NCBI RefSeq assembly: GCF_004010195.1
Contig: NC_057719.1
Location: 35,836,684 to 35,900,683, forward strand
Source: Chiloscyllium plagiosum
Lineage: Eukaryota
Reading direction: 5' to 3'
DNA: 64,000 nucleotides
A model generated the notes under the pieces. That model did not search any database, was not told the DNA's origin, and saw only the letters and a program-made list of their open reading frames with translations. Below are positions 1-13,971 of this stretch, piece after piece. Positions within the stretch are counted from its first letter, which is position 1, and every line of letters starts with the position of its first letter. A program made the position numbers and the translations under genes.

Positions 1-292
1 TAAGGATTGCCATTTTTATAGGAGGTAGAGTGGGGGGAGGTGTGGCCTAGGTAGCTGTGGGAATGGGTGGGCTTGTAGACGATGTCCGTGGTTCGTTGGT
101 CGCAGGAGATGGAGATGGAGAGGTCCAGGAGGGGGAGGGAGATGTCCGAGATGGTCCAGGTGAATTTGAGGTTGGGGTGAAAGTGAAGTTGATGAACTGG
201 TCAACCTCCTTGTGGGAGCACAAGGTAGCGCTGATACAGTCATCAGTGTAGCAGAGAAGCAAGTGAGGAATGGTACCAGTGTAGATGTGGAA
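1..292 (-). mobile_element. Penelope-like element reverse transcriptase fragment (decayed)
   Basis: Translation YTGTIPHLLLCYTDDCISATLCSHKEVDQFINFT, continuing after a frameshift to ...PNLKFTWTISDISLP..., matches the PLE RT Y(I)DD region. Confidence 0.75.
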
Positions 293-689
293 GCTCTCAA
301 ATTTCAAAAGATAGAAGACACAATTACTATAGCTGTTGCGCACCCATTTGGCATTCAAATTTAAACCTACCAAATACAATGCAGAAACTAACCTTGTAAT
401 CATTTAGAAGTACAGAACTTGAGTATTGCTGAAAAAAAGACATATTTTGTGGAAGCTTTTCATTTTAAACTCAACTGGACAATTTGCAAAAAAAGACAAT
501 ATAAAGGGAAAACAACATTTATGCTGTATGAGAGCAGACTACTGATTAGTTAGCAAATGTACCCTGATTGTTAGAAATATTGCCATGGAGAATACATACA
601 CCAGTTAGATGATGACTGGCAGTTATCTGCAAAATTTTGTTAAAATTTTAAACCATTTGGTGACCATGATTGCAGATAACATCAGGGAA

Positions 690-3300
690 AAATGGATATA
701 TACTGGACCAAGAACAGCAGTTACATTTCTGACTGACATTAGAGAGGGAGGAGGCAGAATTTGCAAATGATGAGTTTATTTACATTTATGAAAATAAGAA
801 TATTGTGGTTATTACATTGCAACTGAAAATTCTTTCAGCAATGACTCAGCAGCGATTGATTAAATGCTCCAAAAGAGCTAAACTGCAAGTTAACCACTGT
901 AATAGCATGGGCAGTCCAGGCAAAAAAAAATGTCTTTGGATGGCTGTGAGCTATATCCTTATCAGTTTATCTGTGGGAGAAATCTCAAAATGCCTGCTGT
1001 TCTGTGTGATAGTGATAGAGGCTCCAATTAGTTAAGTATTTTCTCCACATTTGAATACTTTACATTGCTGGGAAAAGGGCATATAGCAAGAGGATAAAGC
1101 CATAGGGGAAAAAAGGAGAGGGCTCTAAGGCATCACACAAGACTACACAAAAACAAAATTTAACACAGGGAATTTACTACACTATAGAAATGAGGGTTGT
1201 AGTGAGTCCAGAGAATGTGATAGGATGTGATGGCAAGGCAGTAGTTCTCCAACATGCTTGTCAAACCAGTAAAATCCATTCCTCTTGGAAGTCACTACAA
1301 ACCTTCAGAATCTGACACCTGGGCTTCATGTACACAGTTTTATCATAATGAAAATACAGTAGATAAGGAGCCAGATGTCAGTAGACAGAGTGACATGGAT
1401 GCAAAGTACAGGGCTTTTCTATCTAAAAGAAAACAACTGCCTAGCTATGATGTCAAAAAGTGTGGTGCTGGAAAAGCACAGCAGGTTAGGCAGCATCCGC
1501 TACTCATCTGACATACAGACAAGCCCAATGAATGTAGGGATACAAGTATTGTAACAAGAGCAGGGAAACCTACCAGCAAGTTCAAACGTCTCTTTGAAAG
1601 TTCTGCCATCAATCTTACCTTCCCTTAACCGTATAAGCCTAAATGGCCAAGAAGATGGACAAGAGATAAAGTGTATGGATTGGCAAAATGGAATGAAACA
1701 GTGGAAAGTAAGAAAATGAAGTTTGACTTATGATAGTTCATTTGGGAATGATGCTTACACTAGAAAATGATCATGTACTGACAGCAGAACTCTGATAATG
1801 GAGGGAGAAATCCCGCAATAGTGGTAGTCCAGAGAGCCATAAACGTGCAAGTAGAGGCAATGGGTCAATCTCAGAACACTATTGGTAGAAGCTCTTATGA
1901 CTGAGAAGGTTTGGTAGCTGCCAACAAATTAAAAGATGAATTAATAAAAAATGAAAAAAAATGTTGAATAATTGGAAGACGTTTGGTGTTTGTGTTGCAG
2001 TGATAGACAGGGGACAGCCCGCCTTATGGATGAATATGTACATAAATATATTCTCAGATGGAGCTTATAAGGCTAAGGGAAGGTAAGAATGATGGCAGGA
2101 CTTTCAAAGAGACGTTTGAAAAGATCAAGATGTTAGGGTAGACTCCCTGACAAAAGGAAAAGTAATGATGAAACTTTTCTTTGCTATGTTTGCAACATAT
2201 CCACAGAAATGTAAATTAATCAATATAAAAGCCATATTTTCACATGGAGTAAAATTTCCGAGATGTTTTTGAAACTGCCTAAAGAGACAAGTGATATAGA
2301 AAGGAAGCTGTGGGACTTAAACAAGTAATGAATCAAGCATATGTTATTTCTGAATCGAATCTATTTTGTTGACAGTATGTTGTACTTAACTACTTAATGT
2401 TTTACTGGTACCACAAAAGGAAACTGTTATCCTTTATGGTGATTTTCAACAGGGTACAGAACTTGTCCAAGCTGTTATAAGTAAGATTAAAAAGGAAGTT
2501 AAGTTTTAAAATTGGGCTTCAAGTTATTTTAATGTATAACATTGGACATTTAGTATAGAAAGATTATTGTACAGTTAAAGAAGAAACAGTAGCTAAGAGG
2601 CTTGATTGGACAGTTGAAATGACTATGCATGCTTAAGCGATACCAATTTTGATGGATGCTAAAATTGAGAATGTTTTAAGGGAAATTAAAATAGTAAATG
2701 CACAGAATGCGCACTTAGGTCTCCAATGTTTGGAGATCCAAAGAACATGAAACTAGTCCTTTCTGGTAATACTTCTTCTGCCAATACCAAGACTGTTTTT
2801 GAGTAAAGCTGTTTTTATATATTTGGTAGGTGAAAATCAAATGTTGTGTTCCTTGGCCTGGAAATCTAAGAAACTAAAAATTCTCATGGTAAGGTATTTC
2901 AGCTACAGAAACTGACTATTGCAGAATCAAGAGATGTGGGTTTTAACTGACCAAATATTACATGAGCAATTCGATAGGAGAGTTTTAAAAATAGTTTGCT
3001 CATTGAATGTTATATAGATATTTTCTTGCCTAATACTATATGTTCAATGAAAAGTTTAATGAAAATAGGTGAGGATTAACCTTGTTAGTGTAAACAAATT
3101 GCTGGAAAAAGTGATAAATCCAAGATATTGGTTCCAACCTAAAAAGAGTCAACACAAATTGTCAATAGTCAGATTGATTTACAAATAGAATGCTTGTATA
3201 AAAGACAATAGCAACTCCTAGAAGGAGTTCATCTTGTATTATGATGTATATAGAAAATGTAAAATTTGTTTTCTTTCTCTTTTTAAAATTTGTTTTGAGA
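690..3300 (+). mobile_element. Heavily decayed Ty1/copia-type LTR retrotransposon pol (integrase, RT, RNaseH)
   Basis: Frameshifted remnants in copia order: integrase-like LTD...EFANDEF (~728-778) and TVIAWAVQAK...PYQFICGRNLKMP (~895-995); RT-like INIKAIFSHG...LKLPKE..DIERKLWDLNK (~2215-2325); RNaseH-like LAWKSKKLK (~2852-2880). Confidence 0.62.
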
Positions 3301-3324
3301 TAAGATCAGCAAGGCAGCCTATTT

Positions 3325-5112
3325 GTGGAGCTGCAGGAGATGGGAGAGATACTAATCGAGTATGTTGCATCAATGTTTACCATGGAGAAGAACATGGGAG
3401 ATATAGAATGCAGCGAAATAGATGGTGACATCTTGAAAAATGTCCATATTACAGAGGAGGAGGTGCTGAATGTCTGTGGGAAGCTAGGGAAGTTATTGCT
3501 GGGCCCCTTGCTAAGATATTTATATCCTTGATAGTCACAGGTGAGACGCTGGAAAACTGGAGATTGGCTAACGTGGTGCCAGTGTTTAAGAAAGATGGGA
3601 AGGAAAAGCCAGATTGTTGAGCCTGACATCGGTGGTGGGCATATTGCTGGAAAGAATCCTGAGGGACAGGATTTACATGTATTTGGAAAGGCAAAGACTG
3701 ATTAGGGATAGTCAACATGGCTTTGTGCATGAGAAATCATGTCTCATGAACTTGATTGAGTTCTTTTGAAGAAGTAACAAAGAGGATTGAGGGCAGAGCA
3801 GTGGACGTGATCTAAATAGACTTCAGTAAGGTGCTTGACAAGGTTCCCCATGGGAGACTGGTTAGAAAGGTTAGATCACTTGGAATACAGGGATAACTAG
3901 CCATTTGGATACAAAACTGGTTCAAAGGTAGAAGGCAGAGGATGTTGGTGCAGTGTTGCTTTTCACATTGGAAGCCTCTGACCAGCAGTGTGCCACAAGG
4001 ATCAGTGCTGGGTCCACTGCTTTTCATCATTTATATAAATGATTTGGATGTGAACATAGGAGGTATAGTTAGTAAGTTTGCAGATGACACCAAAATTGGA
4101 GGTGTAGTGGACAGCGAAGAAGGTTAAAACAGAGTACAATGGGATCTTGATGGGCTGAAGTATGGCAGATGGAGTTTAATTGAGATAAATGTGAGGTGCT
4201 GCATTTTGGAAAGGCAAATCAGGACAGGGGTTATATACTTAGTGGTAAGGTCCTGGGGAGTGTTGCTGAACAGAGACCTTGGAGTGTAGTTTCATAGTTC
4301 CTTGAAAGTAGAGTCGCAATTAGATAAAATATTGAAAAAGGTGCTTGGTATGCTTGACTTTACTGGTCAAAGTATTAAGTATAGGAGTTAGGAAGTCATG
4401 TTGCAGCTGTACAGGACATTGGTTAGGCCACTTTTGGAATATTGCATGCAATACTGGTCTCCTTTCCACTGGAAGGACGTTGTGAAACTTGAAAGGGTTC
4501 AGAAAAGATTTACAAGGATGTTGCCAAGGTTAGAGGAGTTGGGCTTTAGGGAGGCGTTGAATAGGCTAGAGCTGTTTTTCCTGGAGTGTCAGAGGCTGAG
4601 TCGTGACCTTATAGAGGTTTATAAAATCATGAGGGGCATGGATAGGATAAATAGACAAGGTCTTTTCCCTAGGGTGGAGAGTCAAGAACTAGAGGGCATA
4701 GGTTTAGACTGAGAGGGGAAAGATATAAAAGGGACCTAAGGGGCAATGTTTTCACACAGTGGGTGGTTTGTGTATGGAATGAGCTGCCAAGGGAAGTGGT
4801 GGAGGCTGGTACAATTACAGCATTTAAAAGTCACCTGGATGGGTAAATGAATAGGAAGGATTTAGAGGGAGATACACGAAGTGTTGGAAAATGGGACTAG
4901 GTTAGTTTATGTATCTGGTCAGCATGGATGAGTTGGACCAAAGGAGAAAGTGAGGTCTGCAGATGCTGGAGATCAGAGCTGGAAATGTGTTGCTGGAAAA
5001 GCGCAGCAGGTCAGGCAGCATCCAAGGAACAGGAGAATCGACGTTTCGGGCATAAGCCCTTCTTCAGGAGACCAAAGGGTCTGTTTCTGTGCTGTGCATC
5101 TCTATGACTCTA
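3325..5112 (+). mobile_element. CR1-clade LINE (HER1-like), 5'-truncated, ORF2 RT and 3' tail, decayed
   Basis: [22 protein letters not shown]...KFADDTKIGG and LYRTLVRPLLEYCMQYWSP; 3' stem-loop and ctctatgactcta tail; interrupted at 4945-5069 by a short insertion. Confidence 0.93.
4945..5069 (-). mobile_element. Short non-autonomous PLE-derived repeat (family A) with intact minimal hammerhead motif
   Basis: 9-bp TSD gaccaaagg (4936-4944 and 5070-5078). Minus strand 5067-5040 reads CUGAAGA-A-GGGC-UUAU-GCCC-GAAA-C-GUC. Confidence 0.85.
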
Positions 5113-5469
5113 CATTGTTTATCTGTTACAAAATTTTGATTTAAAGAAATATATGTCATATGCTAATGGTGAGTGAATTGGTTTTATTATTAAAGTTGAG
5201 GACATACAGATGGAGGGTATGATTGTTTAAATACTTGTGCACATACACAAATTTTTAATGCACTTGTAGTGTTCTTATCTCTCGGGCATCGGTCCAACTT
5301 CAAGTCACACCTGCCGTGAAAATGTCTCATAACATGTTGAAACTCTTGATAAAAATAATTGATGAAGACAGACTAATGAGACATAGGGAGTAGTCAGACA
5401 TTTGTAATGTTGCATTTAATTAGAAGAGTGAAATCTGACTTTTTTACTTCACCTTGTGGAATCAGAATA

Positions 5470-6830
5470 AATTAGCTGGAAGTCAATGTAAGTCAGCAAG
5501 TTAGAACATGGGCAGTAAAATTTTTATGATTCTTGAGTTTATGAAAGGTAGAACAGTGGTGTATTAGAGTTGTCAAGTCTAGAGGCAACAAAGGTATTAA
5601 TAAGGGTTTCAGTAACAGATGAGCCAAAGGTAGAAGAAAATTTGGGCAAAGTTGGTTGAAATAGAAAATCTTAATGATACCATAAGTATGTGGTTCATAG
5701 CTCATATTGGGGTCAAATGTGACATCCTGACTATGAAAAGTCTGATTTAACCTATTGCAGCAACAAGGGGGAGGGATGGAGTTGATGGCCAGTGAATGAA
5801 GTTTGTGATGGAGATTTTCCAATATTTAGATTGAGAAAATTTCTGCTCATCCAATATTGAATTTTGGAGAAGTAGTTTGATCATTTAAAGACAGCGCAGC
5901 AGGTCAAAAGAGGTTGAAGTGATGCAGAAATGGATATCATCACTGTATAGATGGAAACAAATATGTTTTGACCATGTAACTGAAGGGCACTATGGAGATA
6001 GATAGATCCTTGGGAATGACACCCGGTGTTATGGTGTTGGAGCAGGAGAGCTGGCTGTGATCAAATAGAAGGGACTGGAACCAGTCACCTTCAAGTTGAT
6101 ATGGTCGAGATATGCTCGATGAAGTTGATGTGATCAACTACTGAAGGGCTGCAACCAGATTGATAAGAATGAGGAGGGAAAGTTTACTTTTGTCACAGTC
6201 ACATAAGATGGTATTTGTGTCTGATAGGAATCATGAAGTAGGGCAGAAATCTAGTTGAATTCAAATATGGAGCTGCTAGTAAGATGAGCATGAAATTGAA
6301 ATGCAAACACACTGAAAACTTTGGAGAGAAAAATAAAGTTGGAGATAGGGCAATAGGATGGAATGCAGAAAAGGATGTTAGATAGTTATCAGTGGGAATA
6401 ATTTTTGCAGATGAGACAGACTCCATGGTGAATTACATGCTTTATTCGGATCTGGCAGTGAATGGCTAAGCCATTTGTTACCCTAACCTTTCAATTTGTA
6501 TCCCTTAGGTTTAAGGAAGTAGAGTTGATGGGGCAGAAATGAAGCCATACCAGGATAAATAGTCTTGAAGAGTGTGAGCAATGGTGTTCATAGTGTTAAA
6601 GGTGGAAATAAAGATGTGCTTGAGCTGTTCACTTGCTGCAGAAATATTGAGCTAATTGAGGGCTGAAAGGCAGGACAGTTGGAATGTTGTAAGTGCAATT
6701 GTGGATGAATTGAGAGACTCCCTTTTGCAAGTGGTGTCAAGATTGGGAAGAGAAAGCAGGATGTGGGTCGAGAACGAAATGAGGAAGTAATCAGAGATGG
6801 CCTTATCTGTGATTGTTACTTTGGGAATAT
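5470..6830 (-). mobile_element. Ancient L2-like LINE relic
   Basis: Purine-rich plus strand; decayed minus-strand ORF2-like peptides (VTFDPNMSYEPH...; TPGVIPKDLS...). A similar 3' piece occurs at about 25700-26110. Confidence 0.5.
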
Positions 6831-6934
6831 CTCATTTAATGCGTTTTTCAACATTTTTCTTTGTTAAGTAATTGCAGCTAGATTTTGTGAGGTGGGTCAC
6901 ATTAACAAGAGGATATTTACTTCCAATCATTAGT

Positions 6935-7263
6935 GAGGGATGCAATGGCCTAGTGGTATTATCACTAGGCTGTTAGTGACCTGGTGACCTGGATTCAAAT
7001 CCTGCCATGGCGGAATTTGGATTCAATTAAAAATTTGAAATTATAAGTCTACTGACGACCATGAAACTAGTGTCAATTGTTCGGAAAAAATCAATTTGGT
7101 TGACTGATATCCTTAAGGAAATCTGCCATCCTCACCTGGCCTGGCTTCAGGTGACTCTACATTCACTGCAATGTAGTTACTCCCAACTGCCCTCTGGGCA
7201 TTTAGGGATGGGCAATAATGCTGGCCTAGTCAATGATATCCACATCCTTGAATGAATAAAAAG
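6935..7263 (+). mobile_element. tRNA-derived SINE (family sharing its 3' tail with the second LINE family)
   Basis: A-box tggcctagtgg, B-box ggattcaaatcc, tail gggcaataatgctggcctagtc...gaatgaataaa. Related partial copies at 22441-22650 (+) and ~22990-23250 (-). Confidence 0.75.
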
Positions 7264-8040
7264 GAAATTTTCTTCAAAGGTATTGAGATTCAGCCAGAGA
7301 GGATGAGAATAGAATTATGTACACAATATGAATAAATCAATAGCTTTCATAGTTTTTTTTGGTTTAAACCCACATATTACCACAATAACTGAATTGTATT
7401 TTACAACTGACAATGATGCAATTATAAACTAAGAACCTCCAGGTTACTAATCCAATGCCATTGCCATTGGGCTACACAATTACATGATGGGATACCATAC
7501 TGTGGGATTGTACATGGTGTTGCAAGAGTAGAATGCAATTGAAATATAGCAATAATGCGATAATGCAATAAACTGTAATAGTAAAATGTAAGTCATTATG
7601 ATGATTATTTGAATCCTAACTTTAAAACTACAACCTTCAATTCACTCTCTTCTGACTGTTAATTCTGCTTCTCATGCATTTTGGACAGTTTGTTGACATT
7701 ATTTTGAAGGCAGAAATATGAGCAGTAATTAATGTGCAATTTATTGCTTTCAGTGCATTGATTTCTGAGTGGTGAAAATTACATTGTCTGTCTTTAAATC
7801 CCTGCAATCTTCCAATGATTCATGAAATAGGTCAAGGATCAGTACCTTATCTTTCAGCAGTGTGCTTTACAATCTTCTGTATTCAACATTGTGTTAACAA
7901 TTGTAGACCATAACCTCTGTCCCCATTTTGTTTTATTTTGCTGGTTTGAGTTTCTTGTTTTCACTTGTTTTCCTTTAGAAAGTGACTGTTTGTCATTCTT
8001 CCATTCAGATCTTCCCTAGACACATCTTTTATTTTCATCG

Positions 8041-8128
8041 AGAATGTGGTGCTGGGAAAGCACAGCAGGTCAGGTAGCATCCGAGGAGCAGGAGAATTGA
8101 TGTTTTGGGCATGGTCCCTTCATCAGAA
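8041..8128 (-). mobile_element. Family A PLE-derived short repeat, decayed hammerhead
   Basis: Same sequence as 4945-5069 with CpG-type substitutions in the GAAACGUC core. Confidence 0.75.
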
Positions 8129-8289
8129 TTAGTTATCTTTTATTTTTATTTGTCCTATTACCTTTGGCCTCTCACCATGAAACTTTTTGTCATTTAATCT
8201 GTCTGGCCATCTGCCCAATTGAATACCCTCCTTTTTGTTTTTTTTCTCACTATCTCCTGTTCAATTAAAATCTTTCACATCTCTAACTT

Positions 8290-8820
8290 AGAGTCATAGG
8301 GTCATAGAGATGTACAGCACGGAAACAGACCCTTCGGTCCAACTCGTCCATGCCAACCAGATATCCCAACCCAATCTAGTCCCACCTGCCAGCACCTAGC
8401 CCATATCCCTCCAAATCCTTCCTATTCATATACCCATCCAGATGCCTTTTAAATGTTATAATTGTACTAGCCTCCACTACTTCGTCTGGCAGCTCATTCC
8501 ATGCGTGTACCACCCTCTGCGTGAAAAAGTTGCCCCTTAGGTCTCTTTTATATCTTTCCCCTCTCAACCTAAACCTTCTATTCCTGGACTCCCCCATCCC
8601 GGGGAAAAGACTTTGTCTATTTATCCTGTTCATGCCCCTCATGATTTTATAAACCTCTATAAGGTNNNNNNNNNNNNNNNNNNNNNNNNNNNNNNNNNNN
8701 NNNNNNNNNNNNNNNNNNNNNNTGCACTGCAAGGTCTCTTTGTTCAGCAAACTCCCTAGGACCTTACCATTAAGTGTATAAGTCCTACTAAGATTTGCTT
8801 TCCCAAAATGCAGCACCTCT
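8290..8820 (-). mobile_element. CR1 LINE 3' fragment containing an assembly gap
   Basis: LIEVYKIMRGMNRINRQSLFP...NFFTQRVVHAWNELP plus CR1 tail. Confidence 0.9.
8666..8722. other. Assembly gap
   Basis: Run of N. Confidence 1.
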
Positions 8821-8828
8821 TGTTGCAG

Positions 8829-8930
8829 TTCTGATGAGAGGACATCAACGTGAAGTGTTTAAAACTGTTTCCCTCCACAGATGCTGCTTAGCCTGCTGAA
8901 TACTTCCAGCAATTTTCATTTTTATTTCAG
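8829..8930 (+). mobile_element. Older PLE-derived short repeat (family B), decayed hammerhead head
   Basis: ctgatga...ctccacagatgctgc...cctgctga...tccagca...tttcaga. Related copies at 13740-13870 (+), 21004-21101 (-), 61937-62056 (-) and 62655-62765 (+). Confidence 0.65.
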
Positions 8931-9569
8931 AAGATTGTTATATTTCATCATTAGTCAAATGAAAGTTGGCAGACTACATTTCTGAAAGGATTGTGCATGC
9001 TGATACCCCAGTGCTGACTACATCAGATAGTTTAGCAATACATCAGTCAGGCATCTCATAAACATGGAATTCTGGGTGCTCATTTTTGACATTTGACTGT
9101 GTCATGCATTCAAAACATCATGTGTCTTACTACCATTATGGGATGATATGGAGTTATGAGGGAACTCACCCTCAACCTGACCCCATAATGTTCCCACCTA
9201 TGCACTTAAAGTGGTATAATCAAAAAATTACATATTAAAAACCCTTTCTTCATTTGTAAAGGACACTTCCCTTGCCTAAACATTTATGCTGGGACTAGCT
9301 TGAATCATGTGGATGTTAGTTCAGTTCATTGCATTAGGCAAACTGACCTTTTATAATGTAGCAGTCCTTACTGACCCAGAGAGGTAGGAACTGCAGTTGT
9401 AGGAACTTTCTGCTCCAATCTCAATGCAGTCTCTTGATGTCATTGGTATTCATCAGTCAGTTTGAAAAAACATACATGGTGGAAGCCTGTTGCAGCTATT
9501 TTCTGGTGAAATTTGAGACCAAACTCTTTACCTGAGTTCATGCTGAGTGGATGATACCTTGTCCATAAA

Positions 9570-10250
9570 GTGTGTGATCACGTGAGTCACAAAAAGTTAT
9601 TATGCAGGTACAGCACATAGTCGAGAAGGCTAATTAGATGCTATCTTTATTACAAGAGGATTGAATATTAAAGGAAGGATGTTATACATCTGTCATGGTG
9701 GTACATTGATGAGACCACATTTTGAGTACTGTGTACAGTTTGGCCCCTTTTTTAGGGAAGGATATAAATGTATTGGAGGCAGTTTCCGGTTTCCTGAATT
9801 GATATCTGGAAGAAGCAGATGGTCTAATGAGGAAAGACTGGACAAGTTGGCTTATTGCACTAGAGTTCAGGAGAATGAGGGGTGATTTGATTGAAGTATA
9901 TAGGAATGATCATGACAAGGTGTACGTGAAAAGCATGTTTCCTCTTGTGGGTCAGTCCAGAACTAGGGCATTGTTTTAAATTTAGGAGTTGCCCTTTTTC
10001 AATAGAATTGGGTGGCAATCTTTTTCTCTCAGATAGTTGTCCAACTTTGGAACTCTGTCTTAGGAGGAGGTGAATGCAAGATTTTAAATATCTTTAAGAG
10101 AATGGTAAATAGATTCTTGTTAGGGAAGTAAATCAAAGGTTATAAGGGATAGGTAGAAGGTGGAATTTGAAATACTACAGATTAGCTACATTCTTATTGA
10201 ATGGCTCAGGGGGTTGAATGGTCGACTTCTGTGTTTTTGTCATATGTTCA
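9570..10250 (+). mobile_element. Older CR1 LINE 3' fragment
   Basis: LMRPHFEYCVQF motif and CR1-like 3' stem-loop and tail. Confidence 0.8.
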
Positions 10251-10524
10251 TATCAATCCAGCCAGCAGTGTAAATGATTTACATTTCTGAGTTGACAAAT
10301 TATAACACTTTTTAGCTAACATGTATGCTTTAGATGACAACAAAGCCTATTGAAAATGAAGAGATGTGAAAAGTCTTTCTCTTTAGTCTGATAGCAGCTT
10401 CCAAAACTCCACAATTTTCTGTCAGGTCAATAGGTTAGTTGATAAGAGGCATTGTTTTTCCCAACATCGAAGCTGCACCTGCTTTTTTCTCTTCTTACAA
10501 AGGTTCGTTTTATCCTTTCATTGG

Positions 10525-11160
10525 ATGTAGGTGTTGCTGGCAATGTCTTTTTTTTGCTCATCTCTAATTGTAATTGAATCCTATTGTCCATTTCGTGAAG
10601 GTACATGCAGTGTTGTGAGGAAGGTAGTTCCAGGATTTTGATCCAGTGACAACAAAGGAATGGTAATATAGTTACAAGTCAGGATGGTGGATGGTAAGCG
10701 AATTTGCAGGTGGTATTCCCATGCATCTGCTGCCCTTGTCTTTCAGGTGGTCGCGACCATGGTTTGAAATGTGCCCCCGAAATGCATTGGTGAGTTGTAG
10801 TACATCTTTAGATGATACATATGGAAGCCACTGTGCACTAGTGCTGAAAGAAATGGATGTTTAACTTGATGGATGCGGTGTCAATCAAACAGACTGCTTT
10901 CTCCTGGATGGCTTATTGAATTTTGGAGAACATCCAGAACAGTATTCCATCACATCAGTATTCCAGAACAGTATTCCATCACATCAGTATTCCAGAACAG
11001 TATTCCATCTTGTGCTTTGTAGGTGGTGACCAAACTTTGAGGAATAAGGTGGTAAGTTACTTGCCACAGAAATCCCAGTCTTTGATCTGCTCTTAAAGCT
11101 ATAGTAAGGCTGGTCATAGCTCAGTTTCTGGACAGTGGTCACACCTAGGACATTCATTGA
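10525..11160 (-). mobile_element. 3' fragment of the second LINE family
   Basis: Reverse-complement similarity to 24430-25690. Confidence 0.6.
10933..11009. repeat. Perfect 29-bp tandem repeat (~2.7 copies)
   Basis: tccagaacagtattccatcacatcagtat starting at 10933, 10962 and 10991 (partial). Confidence 0.95.
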
Positions 11161-13971
11161 AGCACATGAAACTATTGAATCTCATTGATGATTTTGTTTT
11201 CTTTTGCAGCTACCTTCTTTGATTTAGTACCATCAATCACTTCTGTAAGCAGTTTGAGAATCTTATTTTTATGGGAGAGTTGATTATTTGGTCCTTTTGT
11301 GACCTTAAATGACTACATAACTCAGGGATGTGACAATAACATTTTTTTGACCTGGATTAAATATATTTACCTTTCACAAGTATTCGTTCAATTTTTCAAA
11401 GGTGAACCGAAGTTTGGTATGAATTATAAAGTACTTTAGTTTATATTAAATGATTGAGTTAATTAATTTCAATTCTTACAATTTGTCTCTGTTATTATGT
11501 AAGATAAAGAATATGCTATGATTCCTCACAGACTCATCTTCATACAATTTCTTCTCTTTCATCTAGAAAGTCCATATACCTGTATATTTTACCTCTCTCT
11601 TCACAAGCTGAAATTAACATGTTTTCCTATGCAGGATAGGATCTCTTTTTAGATGAGCTAACAAATTTCTTATTCAGTCTCTAGGGAAAACAAGCTCCAG
11701 TTAACATGCTAACCATTTAACATCCTAATTCTCTTACTTAAAAAATCAACATTAAATATAACATATTCAAATATTTTCTTCAGATAAAAACATTCGGCAT
11801 CTGAAGTCAGATGATGATATTTTTTGAAAAATATTCTAAAAGCCCAATGTCTGGTACCAGATGTCGATCAGCTAGTCAGCTAAATGTAAACCAAACACAG
11901 GAATGTTAGCGATCCTCTCAAATGCAGAATCCACTAAATTATATTAATTTACAAGCTATGATACCAAAATACTGAGATTTATTAGTTTCAACTGTCTCTA
12001 CTTACTGATATTAAAAAAACTTGCATCTGTCTGCAAACTATTACCTTTCATTAACTGTAATAGGTAACTATCAGCAATATTAATTAGCTTATAGAAATTA
12101 TATCTTAGCATAACATCTGCTATTTGCCAAACTATTTCTGAGCAAATTGATCAACTTAAGACACTCAGTCTCATCAACCAGAGCAATAATAATTTTATCC
12201 ATCCCTAGCATAATGTTAAGTCCACATATTTTGAAATGTATTAGTATGTGAAATGTTAAAAATAATTAGAATGGTTTATTGCAAATGGATATTCATCATT
12301 CCACTCTATGAAGAACACTCGCTCTGCACTATTTTTGAAGGCAAGTTGACAGTAATTGAAGCTGCTGCTCACTTTCTTGATGACAAAGTATTTAATTACC
12401 CATCTGAAATGAAAATGGCAACCAATTCCATATTGCACCCACCTACAAGCAAAATTGGTTAAAATTATGATTCTACAGGAGACAAGGCTAACCTCTTGAA
12501 AAAAATCTATTCTGACTCACCTTGACTGTGTGAATTAATAACACTCAATTGTTTGAATTTTCAATTCCTTAACTTGTACCAGGGCATTTTACATTGTAGT
12601 GGTGTATGGAAAAGCTAAAAGAAATTGAAAGTCATTTTGCTGAACAATGTACCAGTGCACTTGTGGATTTGGTTATTTCTTCACCATGATGGAATATTGT
12701 GGCTTTGCTTGTCAGGTTGTGGGTAAGACCATTTTTCTTAGTTTCAATCTGGTCTAAAGCTGAGCAGTTCAGTAGATCTGGTTGGCATGCAGTCTATCAC
12801 ATGCCAAAGAACATGCTGTATAACATCGAAGATGTATGGCTAATCACTTGGTCAATCAATAAATTATAAAATGCATCTCAGAAATCTCTCATGCCATAAC
12901 ATGAGAAGAATTATTACAAGTGCAGCAAAACATTCTCTTTTGTTCAAAATATCCACACAGAACACAAATCTCTCTCTGTCTGCCCACTGACTCCTCTGTT
13001 GTACCATTGGAATGGATTCAAGTATATTCTGTTGTACATCTACCTCCCCCACCCCATGACCCCACCCTTTGTCTTCCTAAACATTGTAAGAAATTATATT
13101 CTTTAGCATATCAGAATTCTTTTAGAATTAAAAGACATGGTATGACATTATCTGGTAGAAAGTTGTTTGTCTTTTCCCTCTTGAAAAACATATATAGAGT
13201 CCTTAAAAATGTCAGTGTCTCCTGGTTCAAAGTTCCATGTTGACATTCGTAGATTGATAGGATAGTGTCTTATATCCTTTTGTCAGTACAATTGTTTAAT
13301 TAATGATAACAAATAGCTCCCATCATGAGGGAATTTAAAGGTGACCCCAAGCTAAGACACTGAACAAAGAGTGGGGCATCACCCTGAAATACCTGCTTTC
13401 CAGTTGTTGGAACAAATGATTGACATAATATTAACAAACATCCCCTAGAAATAAAATATATTAAAAGGTGGCTAGAGTCAGGGGCAATCCATGTCAGATA
13501 GTTAATTACTTGATCTTCAGATGGATGAAGACCAGGGAAAGAGTTTCTTAATACTTTGGCTGCTGAGCAGAAGGCTGAACACACACTCTGGGTCATCCAT
13601 TGCTTTGTGCTGTGCAATCAGTAAACTACTATCACCTACCATGAGTCGAATACTTTTCAGATCTGTTTGGTTAATGCATCATATCTAAACTATTGTTTCT
13701 TCTTAAACTTAAAACCTTAAAATCAAACAAGTTCTCAACTCTGATGAAGAGTTATCTTGACTTGAAACATTAACTTACTTTTCTTCTACAGAGGTTGCCT
13801 GTCCTGCTGCGACTTCTAGTATTTTTTGTTTCTAGTACAGATTCCAGCATCTACAGTAATTTGCTCCTAAGTTCTCAGCCACTGTCTTGAGTATTTTGTG
13901 ACTCACGATCCTTAAATCTTGCAACATATTCCTTAATATCACTCCACATCTAAGCACCCATCGCTCTGTGC

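Noticed and set aside
10933..11009. Repeat array superficially like CRISPR
   Set aside because: Contiguous tandem duplication without unique spacers, inside a LINE relic in a eukaryotic genome.
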